Source: a virus (taxonomy: Duplodnaviria > Heunggongvirae > Uroviricota > Caudoviricetes). Taken from it: a DNA stretch of 4,580 nt. Shown one piece after another: positions 1 through 4,580 of this stretch (the first letter of the stretch is position 1; each line of letters starts with the position of its first letter). Below the pieces are notes generated by a model that saw nothing but the letters and a program-made list of their open reading frames with translations, was not told the origin of the DNA and searched no databases. The stretch lies in IMG/VR virus record IMGVR_UViG_2698536312_000015, one strand, 5' to 3'. A program made the translations under genes and the position numbers.

Positions 1-12
1 AGTGTAGCGGTA

Positions 13-1446
13 TTAAGCGCAGCTATTTAGTGAATTAAGTAAATTAGTCAGTGACCTTGTAAAGTCTGTTAAACCTTCCTGTGAACCATCGAACATTAAG
101 GCCAGATTATTATTCCATGAATTACTTAAGCGGCCTAACTGCGTCTGAGTAGAGTTAATAATCTTTTCCCATCCACCAGCTTTATCAATCATCCTTCCCA
201 TTTCAGCGGATACTTTAGGAAGAACATCTTTAGAAAGAACCTTACCGTCTTTCATGGCCTTGTCTAATTCTTCCGTAGTCATCCCAAGACTTCTGGCAAA
301 TAACTGAAAAGCACCTGCCATTCTGTCACCTAATTGACCGCGTAGCTCTTCAGCCTGAATCTTTCCTTTAGATGCCATCTGCTCGAAAGCTTTTAAAATC
401 CCGTTAATTTCATCGGTGCTTAGCCCCATTAATCTGGATGTACCAATCACATTAGAAAATAAGGATTCTTTCTGGTCTGCATTCATATCACCAGCACCAG
501 CGGAAAACTTAGCAAAACTGCTTAATGTTTCAATCTGGTCTACACCACTACTATCAGCAAGATTCTTAACAAATTCTGTAGCTCGTTTAGCACCTTCATC
601 ACCTAAAACGAATTGTGCCGCTCGTTGTGATGCTTCTTTTTTCAGACCAACCTCCATAATCCGCCTGTAAGCTTCTAAGGCTGTCTGAAAACTATAAATG
701 GCTGTACCTGCTTTGATTGCACTCGTAGCTAATACATCCAGACTATTTGAAGCATTTTCACTGTGATTATTTTTGCTGGTGGTCTTGTTAAACTTAGAAA
801 GTGTTTCACGAAGAGACTGATTTAACTTTGCTAACTCACGATTAAAAGTTTCGTTTCCAAGTGTCTTGGATTTACTGCTTAAGCTGTAATACTGGCTTTT
901 AAAATACTTCTCAAGCATAGGATTAAAGTCACGAAGCTTGCTCATATTCGCTGAGTAAGCTGCTGTGATTGCTCTGCTTCCGCTAATTCGTGGCTGTCTT
1001 GNNNNNNNNNNNNNNNNNNNNNGTTGTCTAAGTGGCTTTAAAGTATCCTCAATTTCAGTTTTAATCTTAAACGCTCTAGTGTTTTTAAGACGCTGCTCAA
1101 TCTTGGAAACAGTTTTATCGACATTTCTTTCCATTAGTTTGAGAGAATNNNNNNNNNNNNNNNNNNNNNNNNNNNNNNNNNNNNNNNNNNNNNNNNNNNN
1201 NNNNNNNNNNNNNNNNNNNNNNNNNNNNNNNNNNNNNNNNNNNNNNNNNNNNNNNNNNNNNNNNNNNNNNNNNNNNNNNNNNNNNNNNNNNNNNNNNNNN
1301 NNNNNNNNNNNNNNNNNNNNNNNNNNNNNNNNNNNNNNNNNNNNNNNNNNNNNNNNNNNNNNNNNNNNNNNNNNNNNNNNNNNNNNNNNNNNNNNNNNNN
1401 NNNNNNNNNNNNNNNNNNNNNNNNNNNNNNNNNNNNNNNCATACAA
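13..1446 (-). CDS. Tape-measure-domain protein (putative tail length tape measure protein); true start hidden in or near the N-masked block
   Basis: Long minus-strand ORF ending at TAA (13-15). Residues encoded around 190-423 (…GLSTDEINGILKAFEQMASKGKIQAEELRGQLGDRMAGAFQLFARSLGMTTEELDKAMKDGKVLSKDVLPKVSAEMGRM…) match, from memory, the conserved core of phage tape measure proteins (TP901-type / tape_meas_nterm). The frame is preserved across the 21-nt N run. The track start (TTG 1444-1446) overlaps the terminator T-tract and is not credible; the in-frame ATG at 1132-1134 has no Shine-Dalgarno, so the start is probably inside 1149-1439. Confidence 0.6.
   Translation of the reverse strand: MYXXXXXXXXXXXXXXXXXXXXXXXXXXXXXXXXXXXXXXXXXXXXXXXXXXXXXXXXXXXXXXXXXXXXXXXXXXXXXXXXXXXXXXXXXXXXXXXXXXSLKLMERNVDKTVSKIEQRLKNTRAFKIKTEIEDTLKPLRQXXXXXXXXRQPRISGSRAITAAYSANMSKLRDFNPMLEKYFKSQYYSLSSKSKTLGNETFNRELAKLNQSLRETLSKFNKTTSKNNHSENASNSLDVLATSAIKAGTAIYSFQTALEAYRRIMEVGLKKEASQRAAQFVLGDEGAKRATEFVKNLADSSGVDQIETLSSFAKFSAGAGDMNADQKESLFSNVIGTSRLMGLSTDEINGILKAFEQMASKGKIQAEELRGQLGDRMAGAFQLFARSLGMTTEELDKAMKDGKVLSKDVLPKVSAEMGRMIDKAGGWEKIINSTQTQLGRLSNSWNNNLALMFDGSQEGLTDFTRSLTNLLNSLNSCA
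1002..1022. other. N run (21 nt) inside the tape-measure-like ORF
   Basis: Directly seen. Length is a multiple of 3 and the reading frame is continuous across it; flanked by a short direct repeat (TGTCT at 995-999 and 1026-1030; protein ...RQ[mask]RQ...). Confidence 0.95.
1149..1439. other. N run (291 nt) hiding the 5' end of the tape-measure-like gene and its upstream region
   Basis: Directly seen. 291 = 97 codons. Lies between the terminator (1444-1488) and the first visible tape-measure-like codons (<=1148). Confidence 0.95.
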
Positions 1447-1488
1447 AAAAAGGGAGAGCTACCGATGTCACTCGATAATCTCTCCCCG
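1444..1488 (-). terminator. Rho-independent terminator (minus strand)
   Basis: On the minus strand: GGGGAGAG (1487-1480), 21-nt loop, CTCTCCCT (1458-1451), giving 7 Watson-Crick pairs plus one G-U, followed immediately by a T-tract (7 T including the wobble base, complement of 1445-1451). Sits 23 nt downstream of the 69-aa ORF stop. Confidence 0.6.
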
Positions 1489-1510
1489 TATTTACCCAAC
1501 CAATTCTTTT

Positions 1511-1720
1511 TTAATGTCGGACAAGATAATGTAATTCCGTTTCACCTATGATTTGAGCATCAGAAGGAATACGGTCAATACACCACTTTGGAATCTTGCG
1601 TGTTTTTGGTTTGTGTGAGGTGATAACTTGACGTTTGTTTTTAATTCTTAAGGCTGGCTTAGTTTGTAACTTTAAGTTTTCACAAACAGACCGAATAGTC
1701 TCTAAACGTTCTTCAAACAT
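1511..1720 (-). CDS. Hypothetical small basic protein (69 aa)
   Basis: ATG at 1718-1720 preceded by AGAGGTGA (1724-1731); TAA at 1511-1513. Lys/Arg-rich (…RIKNKRQVITSHKPKTRKIPKW…). No family recognised. Confidence 0.7.
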   Translation of the reverse strand: MFEERLETIRSVCENLKLQTKPALRIKNKRQVITSHKPKTRKIPKWCIDRIPSDAQIIGETELHYLVRH

Positions 1721-1723
1721 TAA

Positions 1724-1731
1724 TCACCTCT
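1724..1731 (-). promoter_or_regulatory. Shine-Dalgarno (AGAGGTGA) for the 69-aa ORF
   Basis: Complement of 1724-1731 reads AGAGGTGA, 3 nt before the ATG; matches the extended anti-SD. Confidence 0.65.
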
Positions 1732-1742
1732 TTAATTCATAA

Positions 1743-2453
1743 TCAAACAGCCTTGCTATACTTCTGAGAAATCTTCGTTAACTGCTCAATATCAGCCATC
1801 AAAGCAATCTTCTTCTGCGACTCATATTCACTAACAAGTTCTTTCATAGTATCAAGTTCTTTTTTAAGCTTTTGCTTTAACTTATCCAGTTTACCGGAAT
1901 AATGCTTAGTCAAATTAGCTTCAGCTAACTGAAGAATCTCTTCATCTGTTTTATCAGTCATCAGAATAAATTGACCAGAACCCCTTAATGCTTGTCTGAC
2001 ATCAATTAACCGGAACCCTTCAGGGATACTTTGAAGAACTTTAGGAACGTCTTCAATCGCTGTACCAAAACCATCATTAAAGTTTCCTTCATAATAGATA
2101 AACGGGTTTGACTTAATCTCGTAAGCAATATCATATTCTGAAGGTTTCGAGGTTTCTTCGAAGTTCTTAACAGCATCGTAAGCGACATCAAGTCTAAGAC
2201 GCTGTGATTTTAAAGCTGGGTAATATTCACGCTCAAGCTCAAATAGTGCTTCAGTTTTGCAGATATCAGGCATTTCTTGAGGCTCAGGAGACACAAAGGA
2301 AATTACCTTTGGTGACATCTTTAGCTCTTGCTCAAGCTCAATGCGCTTGTCATGCTCTTGACGCTGAATAGTATGTAGCGGATGTTCACCCTGTGGTGAC
2401 CAGTCTCCGAAGCTATCAACCTTTTTACCGTTAATATATAAATCGTTTGTCAT
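1743..2453 (-). CDS. Hypothetical acidic protein (236 aa) with a Lys/Glu-rich, probably helical C-terminal region
   Basis: ATG at 2451-2453, TGA at 1743-1745. Immediate upstream sequence is ATTATA then N; an identical ATTATAATG 35 nt upstream is preceded by GAGGAA, suggesting the hidden copy also carries an SD. C-terminus …KLDKLKQKLKKELDTMKELVSEYESQKK… is coiled-coil-like by composition. Confidence 0.7.
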   Translation of the reverse strand: MTNDLYINGKKVDSFGDWSPQGEHPLHTIQRQEHDKRIELEQELKMSPKVISFVSPEPQEMPDICKTEALFELEREYYPALKSQRLRLDVAYDAVKNFEETSKPSEYDIAYEIKSNPFIYYEGNFNDGFGTAIEDVPKVLQSIPEGFRLIDVRQALRGSGQFILMTDKTDEEILQLAEANLTKHYSGKLDKLKQKLKKELDTMKELVSEYESQKKIALMADIEQLTKISQKYSKAV

Positions 2454-2459
2454 TATAAT

Positions 2460-2485
2460 NNNNNNNNNNNNNNNNNNNNNNNNNN
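2460..2485. other. N run (26 nt) in the start region of the 236-aa gene
   Basis: Directly seen; flanked on both sides by the identical 9-mer CATTATAAT (2451-2459 and 2486-2494). Confidence 0.95.
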
Positions 2486-2494
2486 CATTATAAT

Positions 2495-2500
2495 TTCCTC
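2495..2500 (-). promoter_or_regulatory. Shine-Dalgarno (GAGGAA) 6 nt upstream of ATG 2486-2488
   Basis: Minus strand reads GAGGAA-ATTATA-ATG, an ideal initiation context. That ATG is out of frame with the 236-aa ORF and would give at most an 11-codon ORF ending at TAA 2453-2455. Confidence 0.5.
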
Positions 2501-2550
2501 TAAGTGTGGTTATTTCTTAATAGAGCACCTTCAACGCCAATACACTTAGA
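2499..2550 (-). promoter_or_regulatory. Possible RNA hairpin abutting the ribosome binding site
   Basis: Perfect 9-bp inverted repeat TCTAAGTGT / ACACTTAGA (plus 2499-2507 and 2542-2550), 34-nt loop. On the minus-strand transcript the 3' arm runs directly into the GAGGAA SD. No U-tract follows, so not a terminator. Confidence 0.35.
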
Positions 2551-2557
2551 AGATGAC

Positions 2558-3454
2558 TTAACGATTTATTAAAGNNNNNNNNNNNNNNNNNNNNNNNNNN
2601 NNNNNNNNNNNNNNNNNNNNNNNNNNNNNNNNNNNNNNNNNNNNNNNNNNNNNNNNNNNNNNNNNNNNNNNNNNNNNNNNNNNNNNNNNNNNNNNNNNNN
2701 NNNNNNNNNNNNNNNNNNNNNNNNNNNNNNNNNNNNNNNNNNNNNNNNNNNNNNNNNNNNNNNNNNNNNNNNNNNNNNNNNNNNNNNNNNNNNNNNNNNN
2801 NNNNNNNNNNNNNNNNNNNNNNNNNNNNNNNNNNNNNNNNNNNNNNNNNNNNNNNNNNNNNNNNNNNNNNNNNNNNNNNNNNNNNNNNNNNNNNNNNNNN
2901 NNNNNNNNNNNNNNNNNNNNNNNNNNNNNNNNNNNNNNNNNNNNNNNNNNNNNNNNNNNNNNNNNNNNNNNNNNNNNNNNNNNNNNNNNNNNNNNNNNNN
3001 NNNNNNNNNNNNNNNNNNNNNNNNNNNNNNNNNNNNNNNNNNNNNNNNNNNNNNNNNNNNNNNNNNNNNNNNNNNNNNNNNNNNNNNNNNNNNNNNNNNN
3101 NNNNNNNNNNNNNNNNNNNNNNNNNNNNNNNNNNNNNNNNNNNNNNNNNNNNNNNNNNNNNNNNNNNNNNNNNNNNNNNNNNNNNNNNNNNNCCTTGAGA
3201 TATTTTTCAGGGCTAACGCTGTATTTGTTCGTTTCTTCGATAATAAGACGCTTCATGTTTGAGTCGGTAACAGGAAACATAAAACGCGGTTCACCAGTTT
3301 CAATTTCCTGAATAAAGTCTTCAATTTCTTCTGAGTTTTCAGCCATTAGCTTTAGTAATTTATCAAGGTCAATTGATACACCGGAATCAGCGAAAGCCTG
3401 CACCATCATAGCAGTGTCGCTATCAATGAAAATCTGTAATTCATATTCGTTCAT
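2558..3454 (-). CDS. Hypothetical protein with strongly acidic N-terminus; only the first 87 codons are visible, the rest is N-masked
   Basis: ATG at 3452-3454 with AAGGAG 9 nt upstream; the track's TTG 3485-3487 start is rejected. Visible N-terminus MNEYELQIFIDSDTAMMVQAFADSGVSIDLDKLLKLMAENSEEIEDFIQEIETGEPRF… has 19 D/E vs 8 K/R in 87 residues. The ORF then enters the N block at 3192; the end at 2558 is only the first stop after the mask and is unverified. Confidence 0.5.
   Translation of the reverse strand: MNEYELQIFIDSDTAMMVQAFADSGVSIDLDKLLKLMAENSEEIEDFIQEIETGEPRFMFPVTDSNMKRLIIEETNKYSVSPEKYLKXXXXXXXXXXXXXXXXXXXXXXXXXXXXXXXXXXXXXXXXXXXXXXXXXXXXXXXXXXXXXXXXXXXXXXXXXXXXXXXXXXXXXXXXXXXXXXXXXXXXXXXXXXXXXXXXXXXXXXXXXXXXXXXXXXXXXXXXXXXXXXXXXXXXXXXXXXXXXXXXXXXXXXXXXXXXXXXXXXXXXXXXXXXXXXXXXXXXXXXXXXXXXXXLINR
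2575..3192. other. N run (618 nt) hiding most of the acidic-protein gene, possibly more than one gene
   Basis: Directly seen. 618 = 206 codons; content unknowable from this window. Confidence 0.95.
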
Positions 3455-3462
3455 TTTTAAAA

Positions 3463-3470
3463 TCTCCTTT
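3463..3470 (-). promoter_or_regulatory. Shine-Dalgarno (AAAGGAGA) for the acidic-protein gene
   Basis: Complement of 3463-3470 reads AAAGGAGA, 9 nt before ATG 3452-3454; a second SD-like GAGGAGG lies at 3479-3485. Confidence 0.65.
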
Positions 3471-3482
3471 TTACCAGACCTC

Positions 3483-3588
3483 CTCAATCGCTCTGTAACG
3501 AGCTAAACAGTCTTTTTCAGGGGTAGCCTGTACAGTGGTATTACCCACCCTAAAATAAGATAGTTTTTTGCGTTAGAATGCGATTGAG
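3483..3588. repeat. 9-bp inverted repeat pair (CTCAATCGC at 3483-3491, GCGATTGAG at 3580-3588) separated by 88 nt, with palindrome CTGTACAG (3528-3535) near the centre
   Basis: Read directly from the largest visible intergenic region (3455-3632). Rough chance expectation for a 9-mer inverted match in a region this size is a few percent. Confidence 0.4.
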
Positions 3589-3632
3589 AGCGTCTGATAA
3601 GCTGTTTTTCTAATTTCTCTTAAAGTCTCGGA

Positions 3633-3833
3633 CTACCAATAACCTAATTCCGCTTTATTTCGTTCAAACCATTCCGCTGTAACTGCTGTCTTTAGTGTTG
3701 CGTTTGGGCTGGTGGCATGAATGAAGATATCTTTTGGATTGCAAGCATCACCGAAACCACCTTCTTTGATGAGCAGGTCTGATACATGCTTAATCATTTT
3801 ATCTGTCAAATATTCGAATTTAATACATAACAT
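3633..3833 (-). CDS. Hypothetical small protein (66 aa from ATG; 77 aa if the upstream TTG at 3864-3866 is used)
   Basis: ATG at 3831-3833 overlaps the stop of the upstream ORF in a TAATG arrangement, with GGAGA 4 nt upstream; TAG at 3633-3635. No family recognised. Confidence 0.5.
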   Translation of the reverse strand: MLCIKFEYLTDKMIKHVSDLLIKEGGFGDACNPKDIFIHATSPNATLKTAVTAEWFERNKAELGYW

Positions 3834-4105
3834 TAAATCTCCAGGAGTAAATTGTTTGGGTGGCAATTTCTTTTATTACCATCCCTGAAGATAATCTTTT
3901 TAGTTGCCTGAACTTCATGATGCAAAAACCAGATGACATACTTCAGATAATAATCACGAGTGCCATAACGAATCATTGGATTACCGTAAGCATCATCTCT
4001 TGTCTTAACCTCTCCACCATCAATCCATTCAAGCATTCCTGTCTCATAATTAATCATGAAGTAAGTTGCAAAGAACCGTTTAATATCATCTCGCCATTGC
4101 TTCAT
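3833..4105 (-). CDS. HNH_3-like (homing-endonuclease-like) small protein, apparently lacking the catalytic histidines
   Basis: ATG 4103-4105 preceded by a perfect SD AGGAGGT (4112-4118, 6-nt spacer); TAA at 3833-3835. C-terminal half …YLKYVIWFLHHEVQATKKIIFRDGNKRNCHPNNLLLEI resembles the HNH_3 core as I recall it (…HRLVW…DHIDGNK.NN…NL…), but with F/R where the His of H-I-D-G-N is expected, and it stops right after the NL motif. Confidence 0.5.
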   Translation of the reverse strand: MKQWRDDIKRFFATYFMINYETGMLEWIDGGEVKTRDDAYGNPMIRYGTRDYYLKYVIWFLHHEVQATKKIIFRDGNKRNCHPNNLLLEI

Positions 4106-4107
4106 AA

Positions 4108-4386
4108 TCAGACCTCCTGAGACAGTTTGTGAATTTTGATACTTAGTAACCTTGCTAAATCCAGTCCAAAAGCATTTAAGGATTTCAGACTATCAAGGTC
4201 ATCTTGCTTAATCCTGATATGGTGTCTTGCAGCCTCTAAGCGACTATTAAGCAAATCCTGTTCGTTAATATCACGGTTAATTGCAAGCTTCATCACTGCT
4301 GAGTGTGGCAGACCTGTAATGTTTTTGATTCGGTTCAGTTCATCAAAGGCTGTCTTTGTAACTCTGGTTAATGTGTGTTTATTCAT
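4108..4386 (-). CDS. Ribbon-helix-helix (CopG/Arc/MetJ-like) DNA-binding protein, 92 aa
   Basis: ATG 4384-4386 with AGAGGA (4394-4399) 7 nt upstream; TGA at 4108-4110. N-terminus MNKHTLTRVTKTAFDELNRIKNITGLPHSAVMKLAINRD fits the RHH pattern (beta-strand, helix A, G-x-x-x-S-A turn, helix B; compare CopG …MGLSKSAMISVAL…). A ~50-aa C-terminal extension follows. Confidence 0.6.
   Translation of the reverse strand: MNKHTLTRVTKTAFDELNRIKNITGLPHSAVMKLAINRDINEQDLLNSRLEAARHHIRIKQDDLDSLKSLNAFGLDLARLLSIKIHKLSQEV
4112..4118 (-). promoter_or_regulatory. Shine-Dalgarno (AGGAGGT) for the HNH_3-like ORF, embedded in the 3' end of the RHH gene
   Basis: Complement of 4112-4118 reads AGGAGGT, 6 nt before ATG 4103-4105; overlaps the last codons of the RHH ORF (…Q E V stop). 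Confidence 0.7.
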
Positions 4387-4580
4387 TTAAAAATCCTCTG
4401 TAACTAAATAGGGGTCAAACTCGAAATCTGGTTGCTCGTTTTCCATTGGCTCAATATTCCCAACGGCAATATGATGTTCAACAATGCCAATTAATTTCGC
4501 GCACATCACAGCAAGCAAAGCGCAATATTTATCGCTTGGTAATTCGTAACTGGATTTGCCCCTATATTTCCAGACATCTG
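4387..4580 (-). CDS. Partial CDS (C-terminal 63 codons; start lies beyond the window edge)
   Basis: Open minus-strand frame from the window edge (4578) to TAA at 4387-4389, ending …NIEPMENEQPDFEFDPYLVTEDF. Its stop directly abuts the ATG of the RHH gene (TAAATG) and its last codons contain that gene's SD. Absent from the ORF track because it has no start in the window. Confidence 0.5.
   Translation of the reverse strand, partial: DVWKYRGKSSYELPSDKYCALLAVMCAKLIGIVEHHIAVGNIEPMENEQPDFEFDPYLVTEDF

Noticed and set aside
416-670. Plus-strand 84-aa ORF
   Set aside because: Lies entirely antisense to the tape-measure-like gene, has no recognisable RBS and a low-complexity translation; a shadow ORF.
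1444-1446. TTG start codon for the tape-measure-like ORF
   Set aside because: It sits inside the terminator T-tract with an in-frame stop 4 codons upstream and no SD; the real start is more likely hidden in 1149-1439.
1115-1499. Two minus-strand ORFs (1115..1471 and 1134..1499) starting inside the terminator hairpin
   Set aside because: Their only real codons are the terminator stem-loop and T-tract; the rest is masked. No RBS; not supportable.
965-1534. Plus-strand 189-aa ORF
   Set aside because: Most of its length is N-derived X residues; the visible parts are antisense to the minus-strand gene and terminator. An artefact of treating N codons as open.
3485-3487. TTG start giving the 309-aa version of the acidic-protein ORF (MRRSGKKEILK…)
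   Set aside because: The downstream ATG at 3452-3454 has a textbook AAGGAG at 9-nt spacing; the TTG overlaps an SD-like GAGGAGG and is more likely part of the leader.
3521-3546. Resemblance of TAATACCACTGTACAGGCTACCC (minus strand) to a T7-type single-subunit RNAP promoter
   Set aside because: Only the TAATAC prefix and a downstream purine-rich stretch match; the core conserved positions differ, so this is probably coincidence.
3633-4105. HNH_3-like ORF and the following 66/77-aa ORF as two halves of one frameshifted homing endonuclease gene
   Set aside because: The downstream ORF shows no resemblance to the DNA-binding modules that usually follow HNH_3 domains, and the junction has a clean TAATG coupling signal with its own SD; treated as separate genes.
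3860-4120. Plus-strand 86-aa ORF
   Set aside because: Antisense to the HNH_3-like gene; GTG start with a poorly spaced SD-like element; a shadow ORF.
4136-4390. Plus-strand 84-aa ORF
   Set aside because: Antisense to the RHH gene, TTG start with no RBS; a shadow ORF.
1-4580. CRISPR arrays, tRNA or rRNA genes, IS or transposon terminal repeats
   Set aside because: No regularly spaced direct repeats, no cloverleaf-like conserved tRNA features and no terminal inverted repeats flanking a transposase-like ORF in the readable sequence; the masked blocks cannot be assessed.

Overview
4,580-nt AT-rich window that looks phage-derived (phage, prophage or phage-like element). All credible genes are on the minus strand in one tightly packed, translationally coupled array. 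Reading the minus strand 5'->3' (high to low coordinates): a partial ORF (C-terminus only), an RHH (CopG/Arc-like) DNA-binding protein, a small HNH_3-like protein lacking the expected catalytic histidines, a 66-aa ORF, a ~180-nt intergenic region with inverted repeats, an acidic protein whose body is hidden by a 618-nt N block, a 236-aa acidic protein, a 69-aa very basic protein, a rho-independent terminator, a 291-nt N block, and a tape-measure-domain protein ending at TAA 13-15. Four N runs (21, 291, 26, 618 nt; 956 nt, ~21% of the window) hide sequence, so several gene boundaries and any system encoded there cannot be assessed. No rRNA, tRNA, CRISPR array or mobile-element termini are visible. 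All functional calls come from motif recognition by eye, not from database searches.
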